DNA of 32,000 bases from an archaeon (GTDB lineage: Archaea; Asgardarchaeota; Thorarchaeia; Thorarchaeales; Thorarchaeaceae): assembly GCA_024275415.1 (NCBI GenBank), contig JAJRZD010000031.1, positions 11,176-43,175 of the forward strand, given 5' to 3'. Each line of letters begins with the position of its first letter. Positions within the stretch are counted from its first letter, which is position 1. The translations under genes and the position numbers were made by a program. Shown in pieces: positions 1 through 8,420 of the stretch. The notes beneath the pieces are model-generated. The model was given only the letters and a program-made list of their open reading frames with translations. It searched no databases and had not been told where the DNA came from.

Positions 1-25
1 ACAACCAATAGGTGATTTGACGAAT

Positions 26-118
26 ATGAGAAACACAGACATGAACTCGATACGAAAGAAGAGAACTCATCAGACTACCACTGATGCGATATACCACGCG
101 TATACTTACAGGAGGTAA
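26..118 (+). CDS. Small peptide ORF 1 (MRNTDMNSIRKKRTHQTTTDAIYHAYTYRR; alternative start ATG at 41)
   Basis: Hand translation. SD-like AGGTGA at 10-15 lies before ATG26. C-terminus is similar to the next ORF. The frame is also open to the window edge, so the start is uncertain. Confidence 0.55.
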   Translation: MRNTDMNSIRKKRTHQTTTDAIYHAYTYRR

Positions 119-124
119 GACAGA

Positions 125-205
125 ATGGCACTTTCAAAGAAACAAGTACCAAAGAAACCGGTCACAACACAAGCTCTCCACTTCGCATTTGTGTACAATA
201 GGTGA
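125..205 (+). CDS. Small peptide ORF 2 (MALSKKQVPKKPVTTQALHFAFVYNR)
   Basis: Strong SD GGAGGT at 111-116 overlaps the ORF1 stop. ATG lies 6 nt after that stop. Paralogous to ORF1. Confidence 0.65.
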   Translation: MALSKKQVPKKPVTTQALHFAFVYNR

Positions 206-211
206 TCCCTA

Positions 212-328
212 ATGTCAAATGCATCAGAAACATCCGAGCGGCGAAACCTGCAAGATTCACCGATCCATGATATGTTGCGCAAGAAGGAAATCGCCCTTGA
301 GGATGTCTTAAATCTAGAGGCGACCTAG
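212..328 (+). CDS. Small peptide ORF 3 (MSNASETSERRNLQDSPIHDMLRKKEIALEDVLNLEAT)
   Basis: SD AGGTGA at 200-205 overlaps the ORF2 stop. ATG lies 6 nt after that stop. Followed by a terminator. Confidence 0.6.
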   Translation: MSNASETSERRNLQDSPIHDMLRKKEIALEDVLNLEAT

Positions 329-346
329 TCGCCATTTCTTTTTTTT
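319..346 (+). terminator. Hairpin plus U-tract terminator
   Basis: GGCGAC-cta-GTCGCC followed by ATTTC and T8 (339-346). Confidence 0.65.
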
Positions 347-363
347 CTAATTCAAGGTATGCA

Positions 364-1173
364 TTATTTCCGAAACACTATCTGGTAGAATGCATCATTC
401 ATTACATAAGACACCTCGATATCTTTTGCCTTATCCGGAATATGCTCCAATGGTGGCTTTGCTGCGAAGAGACTGTTCGCTTTGATGATTTGTTTCCCTC
501 TCTCAGTTTCTCTCAATGTAGGTGATATCCCTTCATCGACGACTACCACAAAACCCCCCTTCCTTGCTATCCTCAACATCTCATTCAATGCTTTTGCTAT
601 ATCTGAGAATGTGTTGATCCCGCCAGTATGAAGGACTACATCGAACAAATTGTCGTGATAAGGGATATTGAATACGCTGCCATGAGTGAGGTTGATGGTC
701 AACCCGATGTTCATTGCTTTCCGTTGGGAAACACGTAGCATCCCCCATGAAACATCTAGTCCGTGAAGGTCAAGGCGCCTCATCTGGTCATCGAACGTTT
801 CTTTCAGTGCAACGAAGTTTGCCGCAGTTCCTATGCTCACATCCATTATTCGTGATGTGTCCTCGATTGGTACGAACTGGGAGAATCGTTGTCGCTCCTC
901 CAACATGTTGATGCCAAGCCAGTCGTCATATTGCTTTACCGCCTGGTCGTAGCCCTCCGCCATCTCGTCGTATTCAGCAATCCATTCCTTGTCCTCCTTA
1001 CTCAGGTCGGGATATAGCAAGCTGGGAATTCCTTCTTCAATTGGCCATTGGTGTCCTTTTTCACATACTAAGGCCCCATTCTCGACTCCATTGTGATTTT
1101 CTGAGAGTTCTGATATCCTTAGCCCCCTCTTGCATCTAGGACAGCATAAGATATTGATATGTGATGGCATCAT
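364..1173 (-). CDS. Class I SAM-dependent methyltransferase with N-terminal Trm112-like zinc-ribbon domain
   Basis: CPRC...LVCEKGHQWPIEEGIPSLL (Trm112-like). Motif I DVSIGTA, then GSVFNIPYHDNLFDVV and EMLRIARKGG. ATG1173/1170 preferred over TTG1182. Confidence 0.85.
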   Translation of the reverse strand: MMPSHINILCCPRCKRGLRISELSENHNGVENGALVCEKGHQWPIEEGIPSLLYPDLSKEDKEWIAEYDEMAEGYDQAVKQYDDWLGINMLEERQRFSQFVPIEDTSRIMDVSIGTAANFVALKETFDDQMRRLDLHGLDVSWGMLRVSQRKAMNIGLTINLTHGSVFNIPYHDNLFDVVLHTGGINTFSDIAKALNEMLRIARKGGFVVVVDEGISPTLRETERGKQIIKANSLFAAKPPLEHIPDKAKDIEVSYVMNDAFYQIVFRK

Positions 1174-1241
1174 GATAATCAATTCTCGCCATGGTCAAAT
1201 ACTAACCAGTATTTCTACTCATCGTGGGATATGTTGTCCTA

Positions 1242-2081
1242 TCATGTAGGCCTTTTTCCTAGCCAGCCAGTCAACGATTCTATCGTGGACAGCACTGTCT
1301 TCACTACTTGCCATTGTATCATGACAATCAAAGGATTTCGAATATGGAGCCCCCAGGGCTTTTGACTATCAGAGGTTGGATTGAACACAGCAATGCTTTC
1401 GTTTCCATCGACGACTATGATTGACATGGCATCAGGATCTCCACCGATGGATTCTAACTTGATTTCTTGGAGCACATGTCCAATGTTCTCAACTAACACC
1501 GCGGAGCTTGGTATCGCACTGTGAATTACCATATAATGTTTGAACTCGCTGAATTTATCCATCAGAGTACCTGTTGTATGCAGTTCAGACACGACCCCTC
1601 TACTCTTTGCCCTTGCCAGAGCGCTCCTGAGAGGGCTGACAAGCGAAGGTCGTCGGGTTGCAATGAATATAGACTTTCTCGCTCTATCAAAGGTAGAGAT
1701 GATGTCCAGAGTGATCTGTTCTTTCCCCTGCGTCGTCCAAACGAATTCTTCTCCAATGGATTCCCTTTCCCTTTCTAAGGTTTCAAGCGCTGTGAGAACA
1801 GCATCACTTGAGGCTTCCAGCTTCATACGTAGGTGTTCAATGGTGGCCCTAGGCGGGAGTGCCTGAAAAGTGGCAGGTTCCTTTCCAAGGATGCGTTGGA
1901 CAAAACCTTTCCTTTCAAGTGATCCAAGAGTTTCGTACACTTTGCTTCGTGGAACTCCTGATATTTCTGCAATCCTTCTCGCATTCGAACTACCTACCAT
2001 GACCAATGCCTTGTACGCTCTGGCTTCGTTGAATGTGAGCCCGAGCTTTGTCAGGTCATCAACAATCGAGTCTGAGATCAA
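1242..2081 (-). CDS. TrmB-family transcriptional regulator
   Basis: LGLTFNEARAYKAL...IAEISGVPRSKVYETLGSLERKGFV wHTH plus a C-terminal effector domain. Start likely TTG2081 (ORF track starts at 2108). Confidence 0.9.
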   Translation of the reverse strand: MISDSIVDDLTKLGLTFNEARAYKALVMVGSSNARRIAEISGVPRSKVYETLGSLERKGFVQRILGKEPATFQALPPRATIEHLRMKLEASSDAVLTALETLERERESIGEEFVWTTQGKEQITLDIISTFDRARKSIFIATRRPSLVSPLRSALARAKSRGVVSELHTTGTLMDKFSEFKHYMVIHSAIPSSAVLVENIGHVLQEIKLESIGGDPDAMSIIVVDGNESIAVFNPTSDSQKPWGLHIRNPLIVMIQWQVVKTVLSTIESLTGWLGKRPT

Positions 2082-2126
2082 ACCTGTTCCCCAACCACAC
2101 CGTTGCACAGTAATATATCAATTAGC

Positions 2127-2145
2127 TGTCACTTTAGGAGTAACA
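2127..2145. promoter_or_regulatory. Putative operator 1 (TGTCAC-N7-GTAACA), 8 nt from the AT-rich TATA-like element (2111-2119) of trmB
   Basis: Imperfect palindrome. Reverse complement of operator 2 at 17/19 positions. Confidence 0.55.
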
Positions 2146-2229
2146 CAGTGGATGCTGGTTTTGCATCTTCTGTTTCTAGAACCGAGGAATCCTCAGAAAC
2201 GACTTGTCCAAGTTCTCCTGATTCCGTCC

Positions 2230-2248
2230 TGTTACTCCCAACGTGACA
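2230..2248. promoter_or_regulatory. Putative operator 2 (TGTTAC-N7-GTGACA) upstream of the ABC operon
   Basis: Imperfect palindrome, 8 nt upstream of a weak TAAAT element at 2256, about 30 nt before the ABC start. Confidence 0.55.
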
Positions 2249-2285
2249 TCAGTCCTAAATCCACTTTTGTCCAATACCACTTGAG

Positions 2286-3248
2286 TTGATGTCTTTGATT
2301 GAAATCGACCATCTAAGCCATGTTTACAAAGGTGGGATTAAGGCTCTTGATGATCTTTCGTTCTCTGTTGAAGAGGGAGAGATACTCGGGTTACTCGGTC
2401 CTAATGGTGCAGGAAAATCAACATGCGTGAAGATGATCACAGGAGCAATCCGGCCGAGTTGTGGCAGTGTTCGGGTATCAGGGTACGAGGTTTTCAGGAA
2501 CCTCCGGAAGGTGCGTCATATCATCGGGGTGATGCCCCAAGAAACAGCTCTCTATCAGGATCTTACAGCTCAAGAAACCCTTGAATATCATGCTGATATC
2601 TATGGTGTGCCACGAGAGGTTCGGGATGACCGGATCGCAGAGATGCTGAAACTTGCAGGACTGTCCCTTCGTAAGGACGACCTTGTCAAGACTTATTCGG
2701 GAGGAATGAAACGAAGGCTGGCTCTTGTTCGGGCACTATTACATGATTCGAAACTACTGATATTGGATGAGATGAGTCTGGGTATCGATGTTCAGAGCCG
2801 TAACCTCATCTGGCAACAGGTGAAGATGCTCAAAAAGGAGGGCAAGACAATCATCTTTTGCACGAACTACATGGACGAGGCAGATGAGCTGGCTGACAGG
2901 CTGGTAATCATTGACCGAGGCAGACTGGTAGCAGAAGGGTCTCCCCAGAGCCTCAAAAAAACACATGTCGGAAATTTCATCATCGAGCTAGAGTTCAGGG
3001 GACTTACAGATGAGCAAGACCAATCTTGGATCAGTGAGCAGATTGGCCTAGAGGTAGAGTTGGCTTCAGAGAATGAGGATCCCGGCATACAAACCGCAAG
3101 AATCCAGAGCGAAGACGGATACAATGATTTGCCACAGGTCATCCGAATCCTTTCGAACCTCGGGATCACGGTCAGACAGGCCTCGATGCGCTCCCCCTCA
3201 TTGGGTGATGTGTTCCTTACAATAACAGGCTCCAAGCTGAGGGATTGA
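2286..3248 (+). CDS. ABC exporter ATP-binding subunit (DrrA/NodI-like)
   Basis: Walker A GPNGAGKST, signature YSGGMKRR, Walker B LLILDE. H-loop reads CTNYMDEA. C-terminal SLGDVFLTITG. Confidence 0.93.
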   Translation: MMSLIEIDHLSHVYKGGIKALDDLSFSVEEGEILGLLGPNGAGKSTCVKMITGAIRPSCGSVRVSGYEVFRNLRKVRHIIGVMPQETALYQDLTAQETLEYHADIYGVPREVRDDRIAEMLKLAGLSLRKDDLVKTYSGGMKRRLALVRALLHDSKLLILDEMSLGIDVQSRNLIWQQVKMLKKEGKTIIFCTNYMDEADELADRLVIIDRGRLVAEGSPQSLKKTHVGNFIIELEFRGLTDEQDQSWISEQIGLEVELASENEDPGIQTARIQSEDGYNDLPQVIRILSNLGITVRQASMRSPSLGDVFLTITGSKLRD

Positions 3249-4384
3249 TAGTGGTGTTACGTCAACTAGCTGCGATTATCAGGAAAGATTTACGTATTGC
3301 CCGCAGAGACCCCCGATTCATCGCGCCTTCCCTCATTGTCCCATTCATTCTTCTCAGTGTATATCTCGTTCTGTGGTCCTCTGTGGGCGGGGGGGAGTCT
3401 TTTGTCTGTGGGCTCGTTGTCGAGGACCAGACCTCATTCGGTGAAGAGATGGCAAAGATCATTGAAACTATGAAATCGTCAACCAACCATACTTGGTTCT
3501 CGGTCACCCGGTATGGCCTTGATGAGGCTGAACAGCTGTTCCTTCAGGGCGATTTGATTGCATACATCATCATACCTGATGGGTTCGGTGCTAACATCTC
3601 AAATAACCAGGATGCAACGGTGCTCATGAGAATCAATAACGCCAATGATGACATCGTAAAGAACTATGTGCACAGAATTGAAGCTGCTGTTCTTCTCTAC
3701 AATCAAGGCGCACGCTCCCCTGATTTCAACCAAAGCGAAGCCAAGGTTTCTCTTGAGGAGTATCATACGCTTGATATAACCCCTGGCAATGTTGAATATG
3801 CCGGAGCTGTAACTATAATCCTGTCGCTGATAACCTGTTCTCTTGCAGGACAAGTAATGAATACATCTTCCGAGTTCGAAAGCAAAGCAATAGAAGACAC
3901 TTTGAACTCTCCAATCTCTCGTTGGGTGTTGGTCGTTGGGCTTACTCTGTCAGCAATCCCTAGGTCGGTACTTGTGCTGGTCATCGTCTTCCCAATCGTA
4001 TCGCTAATCGTGGGTATCTCGCCCGTAGGAAATCCCATTCTTCTGGTGCTTGTTGTGCTTCTCTCAGTGCTTGCTCTGACCCCGCTAGGACACTTCATTG
4101 GAGTACTCACTAGAGAGAGGGAGAAGGCCCTGCTCGTTTCGGTGCTATTGGCAGTCATAGGATTCTTGGCTGGAGGAGGTCTGGCACCAGTATCTCTATT
4201 GCCCCTCCTCTTCAGGGTAGTGGCACTGCTTATCCCTATCTCACATGTCATCATCCTCTGGACTCGCCTGTTCTTCTATGATACAATGTCCGGCTTACTG
4301 CTCAGTATCTTTGCTCTGCTTGCCACTTGGGTACTCTTCACCCTTGCCGCGGTCTATGTCACGAATAAGGAGGTTGAAGGATAA
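3245..4384 (+). CDS. ABC-2 type permease
   Basis: KDLRIARRD N-terminus, one TM plus extracytoplasmic domain plus five TMs. 4-nt overlap with the ATPase. Confidence 0.9.
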   Translation: MIVVLRQLAAIIRKDLRIARRDPRFIAPSLIVPFILLSVYLVLWSSVGGGESFVCGLVVEDQTSFGEEMAKIIETMKSSTNHTWFSVTRYGLDEAEQLFLQGDLIAYIIIPDGFGANISNNQDATVLMRINNANDDIVKNYVHRIEAAVLLYNQGARSPDFNQSEAKVSLEEYHTLDITPGNVEYAGAVTIILSLITCSLAGQVMNTSSEFESKAIEDTLNSPISRWVLVVGLTLSAIPRSVLVLVIVFPIVSLIVGISPVGNPILLVLVVLLSVLALTPLGHFIGVLTREREKALLVSVLLAVIGFLAGGGLAPVSLLPLLFRVVALLIPISHVIILWTRLFFYDTMSGLLLSIFALLATWVLFTLAAVYVTNKEVEG

Positions 4385-5520
4385 TGGGTTACTTTCTTCG
4401 TGTCTTGAGAGCAACTATCTTGAAGGAAATCAGGATTCTGCGTAGGAACAAGGTCACGATTGGTCTTGTTGTCCTTGCTCCACTAATGTTCTGGTCTGGC
4501 TTCGTGTTATTGATGGGAGGTGTATATTCGCAAGGCATTGAGGCTGGTCTTGTTGTGCTTGAAACAGAACCTGGCTACTTCACAAATGGGCTCATCGAGA
4601 TCTTGGGAGCACCAGACGAGATTCCGCCGAACCTCATCCTTAGAGAGATGGACAATGACACAGCGTCAGCACTCTTCAAAACGGGCGAGATAATGCTGGT
4701 AATAGTAATTCCTGATGGGTTCGAGGAATCGTTATCTCAGAATGAGTCTACAAGTGTAGGGATCTGGGTGAACAACTTCCATGAGGACATGACCAAAAAC
4801 CTAAGGATGCCTGTGATTCGAAAACTAGACCTCTTCTATCAGACCTATCTCGGTGAAGATGCTTCAGTAGACTTTGACTACACCCTGCTTCGTCCCTATA
4901 CGTATCCTCGCCTCGGGTACATGACATGGACCATGTCAATATATGCGGTAATGTTTGGAGCGCTGTTCATGGGTGGGTCGCTGATGACACAAGAGTTCGA
5001 GGACAAGACTATCGAGGAAATCGAAATGGCGAGTCACTCTCCCGCAGCAATCACTGTGGGGAAGTTGCTGACCGGGGCGTCCATCGGTTTTATTGCTCCC
5101 CCCGTCCTGTTGCTTCTTGGTTTCGTTGGTTTTGGGATCTGGCCAAAAGGTGACATTATCACTTACATGCTTCTGTCATTGCCATTGTCTATAACCGCCT
5201 CTGGTATCGGAATCATACTGGGCTCTCTTGTGAAGCATTCCGTGTATATTGTTCCAATCTCGGCTCTTTCGTCCCTCTTCTACTGGATAATGGGCGGAGG
5301 GATGGTTCCTCTTCTTATCGCAGGTCTGAGTTTTGGTATAGCTGATACGTATTCTCCCATCTCGAATGCTTACAGGTCACTTACAGAGATGTTTGTTGAT
5401 GGCACATCCAGTTCCCTATTTGTTGATGCAGGCATACTATGGATGGCAGCTGTCGCATTCCTACTTTTTGCTCATCTTGCTGTGAAAAGGCTTTTGCGCC
5501 TCGGCAATCGTACTTTGTGA
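4384..5520 (+). CDS. ABC-2 type permease (second paralogue)
   Basis: KEIRILRR N-terminus, same topology, EFEDKTIEE...GKLL motif. 1-nt overlap with the previous gene. Confidence 0.9.
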   Translation: MGYFLRVLRATILKEIRILRRNKVTIGLVVLAPLMFWSGFVLLMGGVYSQGIEAGLVVLETEPGYFTNGLIEILGAPDEIPPNLILREMDNDTASALFKTGEIMLVIVIPDGFEESLSQNESTSVGIWVNNFHEDMTKNLRMPVIRKLDLFYQTYLGEDASVDFDYTLLRPYTYPRLGYMTWTMSIYAVMFGALFMGGSLMTQEFEDKTIEEIEMASHSPAAITVGKLLTGASIGFIAPPVLLLLGFVGFGIWPKGDIITYMLLSLPLSITASGIGIILGSLVKHSVYIVPISALSSLFYWIMGGGMVPLLIAGLSFGIADTYSPISNAYRSLTEMFVDGTSSSLFVDAGILWMAAVAFLLFAHLAVKRLLRLGNRTL

Positions 5521-5712
5521 ATTGGACAACATTGGGTCTAATCGTGTTTCTCTCAGAGAGCAACACAGGAACCAACTCCGTGAATGACAAAGCATGAATG
5601 CTACCGTGAATCATCCCACGTTTTGCCTCCCTCTCTGAATTGAACTCGACATGCTATTATATGGGTGCTGCACATAGTCGTGAGTCAATCTCTGATGAGA
5701 GGAGCGAGAAAA

Positions 5713-7059
5713 ATGACAGATGAAGAACTTACTCCTGACACTGCATTATCCATGGCAAAGAATGAGCCTGAACCAATGCGATGGCTATATGTCTTCGTCA
5801 TAGGACTTGGATTCTTTACAACAGGAGTCAGCTGGAGTGTGTACAACAGCTTCCTGCCTGCTGATTTCCTGCCATTGTTCATCCAAGGCGACCTTCAGAA
5901 CACGATTATTGGAATCATAATGGTGCTTGATAATGTTCTTGCATTATTACTGCAGCCATACATCGGTGCCCGTTCTGACCGCCAGCGCTCGAAGCTCGGT
6001 CGAAGGATGCCGTACATTCTCATTGGCACTCCCGCCGCAGCTGTCTTCTTCGCGTTGATCGCACTTGGTTGGGCTGCCTTCAACTTTTGGTTGATGTTCC
6101 TATTTATCACTATATTCAACGTGTCAATGGCATACTATAGGGCTCCAGTGGTTGCACTTATGCCTGATGTTGTCCCCTCTGAGCATCGTAGCAAAGCCAA
6201 TGGTGTGATCAATCTCATGGGAGGAATTGGAGCCATCTACGCCTTCGCTATTGCTTCCCAAATATACAAGATCAAAGACCCCGGCCTAGCAGCATTATTT
6301 GCCACCACGACCACTAGGATCGGACCTATCCTTGCTTTCCTGACCACCTCTATCATTATGGTTGTCGCAACCATCATCCTTTTCGTCGTGATCAAGGAAC
6401 CCGAGGTGCCTCCTGTTGATCCTGATAAGCCAGAGGAGGTTGGCATAATCGATGCAATACGACAGGTTTCTTTCAGCTCTGATAAGAGTGCCATCGCCCT
6501 GTTGCTAGCCATACTCTCGTGGTTCTTTGGCTACAACGCCATCGAAACGTGGTATACAAAGTATGGTAGTGAGGTTCTTGGTTTCGCCACGGCTGATTCT
6601 GCTTTCCAACTAACCGCATTTGCATTATCCTTCGTGGTATTTGCAATTCCTGCAGGGTTGATTGCTGGTAAAATAGGGCGCAAAAAGACTATCATGGTGG
6701 GACTTGTCATAATGATTACTGGGATCGCTCTCCTTATCGTTGTGATAGATTATTATCTCATGATGGTGATCCTAATCATCGCCGGTTTGGGTTGGAGCTT
6801 AACAAACGTTAATTCAATCGTCATGCTGTGGGAACAATTTGGAAAGGCGCGATTGGGGGCTGGAACTGGTCTTTACTATCTATTCAGCATGGGCGCAGCG
6901 ATTTTTGGACCGGTCATCTCAGGTGTCATCTTCGACCTCACGACAATCGAGATTCTGTTTCCGCTCTCGATTACTTTTCTGATAATAGCACTCATTTTCA
7001 TGTTGATGGTGCGGACTGGCGAAGTTGGAGATGAGGTAATCTCTGAATATGCATCATAG
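5713..7059 (+). CDS. MFS transporter, MalT/sucrose-symporter-like
   Basis: GARSDRQRSKLGRRMPYILIG motif A, about 12 TMs, second repeat KIGRKKTI. ATG5713 with GGAG SD preferred. Confidence 0.9.
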   Translation: MTDEELTPDTALSMAKNEPEPMRWLYVFVIGLGFFTTGVSWSVYNSFLPADFLPLFIQGDLQNTIIGIIMVLDNVLALLLQPYIGARSDRQRSKLGRRMPYILIGTPAAAVFFALIALGWAAFNFWLMFLFITIFNVSMAYYRAPVVALMPDVVPSEHRSKANGVINLMGGIGAIYAFAIASQIYKIKDPGLAALFATTTTRIGPILAFLTTSIIMVVATIILFVVIKEPEVPPVDPDKPEEVGIIDAIRQVSFSSDKSAIALLLAILSWFFGYNAIETWYTKYGSEVLGFATADSAFQLTAFALSFVVFAIPAGLIAGKIGRKKTIMVGLVIMITGIALLIVVIDYYLMMVILIIAGLGWSLTNVNSIVMLWEQFGKARLGAGTGLYYLFSMGAAIFGPVISGVIFDLTTIEILFPLSITFLIIALIFMLMVRTGEVGDEVISEYAS

Positions 7060-7062
7060 TCC

Positions 7063-7086
7063 ATGAAGGGGATCTATCCCCTTCAT
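7063..7086. terminator. Perfect 10-bp hairpin between convergent MFS genes
   Basis: ATGAAGGGGA-tcta-TCCCCTTCAT then CTTTGTCTTT. Confidence 0.7.
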
Positions 7087-7132
7087 CTTTGTCTTTAGGA
7101 CTTGACAATTTTGCACATGTGCGAGCATGTAG

Positions 7133-8287
7133 TTAGGTACAACCTTCTCCAAGTGCAGAATCGTCCTCCATGACCACTTCAACCTGTTTCGGTTCGATGA
7201 GAGCACACTCCACATTTCGATTGGTGATGCTGAATATCAGAAATGAGAGAAACGCCATAAAAGCTGCAAAGAAGATGACCGTGTAATAGTTTCCACCAAG
7301 GGTAAATATGATTGCTGCGTAGATTGGTCCAACCACTCCCGATATCGCTAGCATGGACTGCAACAACCCCGAAGCGGTTGCTCGTTCTGTATTCCTTTCC
7401 GTGACGTATTTCAGAGCACCAACGTAGAGGCAAGCCCATGCAAAGCCAAGCAGAACCTGTGCAGTGAATATCTCTATGATGTTCTGTGCCATCCCAATCC
7501 AGACGAAAGTCATCGAGGATGCCACAAGACCTGTTGCGACTAACTTCGAGCAATCGAATCTATCGGTAAGGCCAAGCATGAAGATGACCTGGGCCAATGA
7601 GTTGGTTGCTTGAACCAGTCCGATAATGCCCAAATCGCCACCGAGGTTTGAAAGGATCAACGGCCAGTAAGTCCAGACTGCAAAAGCGCTACTGTGACGG
7701 ATAAGGACTGCAAGGTATACAGGATAGTTCCTCTTGAAGGTTTCAATAGGAAAGAGTGGGACTTTGATCGAGTGTACTTCTATCTTTGGCAGAGTAAAAG
7801 CACTGGCAAACGCAAACAGAAAGAAGAGTGCTGAAAACAGAAATGCGTAATATATGTTGAATCCTGCGGCATATCCTGCCAGTACTGTGCCAAATCCCCA
7901 TCCGAGCGCCCCGAAGGAGGCAAACCTCCCCATCTTCATTTTGGACTCGTAGGCAAAAGCTGCAAGCGCACCGGGATATATCCCGATGCAAAAGCCATTC
8001 AGCACTCGGACGATGAACAATATCTCTAGCGTACTTGAGAGTACAATCAATCCAAAACTCAGTGTCGATAGCAGAATGCCAATGCGGAGGATGATGCGTC
8101 GTCCATAGATGTCCCCAGCTCTGCCGAAGATATAGCTTGAGAAGAAGGATGCGGTAGCATAAGCAGAAACCATGAACGCGATGTAGAGGTCATCTGCTCC
8201 CAGATGATCTCTTGCAAGTATCGGGATATACGTGATTGCAGAGAGTATCGCTGCACCTGCCATCATCTGTATTATTTCTGTTCTCAC
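7133..8287 (-). CDS. MFS transporter
   Basis: FGRAGDIYGRRIIL motif A, about 12 hydrophobic segments. Confidence 0.9.
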   Translation of the reverse strand: MRTEIIQMMAGAAILSAITYIPILARDHLGADDLYIAFMVSAYATASFFSSYIFGRAGDIYGRRIILRIGILLSTLSFGLIVLSSTLEILFIVRVLNGFCIGIYPGALAAFAYESKMKMGRFASFGALGWGFGTVLAGYAAGFNIYYAFLFSALFFLFAFASAFTLPKIEVHSIKVPLFPIETFKRNYPVYLAVLIRHSSAFAVWTYWPLILSNLGGDLGIIGLVQATNSLAQVIFMLGLTDRFDCSKLVATGLVASSMTFVWIGMAQNIIEIFTAQVLLGFAWACLYVGALKYVTERNTERATASGLLQSMLAISGVVGPIYAAIIFTLGGNYYTVIFFAAFMAFLSFLIFSITNRNVECALIEPKQVEVVMEDDSALGEGCT

Positions 8288-8420
8288 CTTCGTCTCCCAC
8301 TCTTTCGTGAGTCACACATTCATATTAAGCGTCTGATTGGGACAATGCCTGAAGTACATGTGGCAAACCTTTTTTCCCTTCAAAGGATAATAGAGATAGA
8401 GTGCGTTCGAGGAATAGAAA

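Noticed and set aside
6-206. Repeated CAATAGGTGAT as a CRISPR repeat
   Set aside because: Only 11 nt, two copies 190 nt apart; explained by SD/stop overlap in the peptide array.
2151-2167. 5-bp stem with 7-nt loop resembling a tRNA anticodon arm
   Set aside because: Lacks U33/purine-37, T-loop GTTC and a proper acceptor stem, so it is not a tRNA.
3389-3395. G7 tract as a phase-variation site
   Set aside because: Short, in frame, and encodes a Gly-rich turn; no evidence of slippage.
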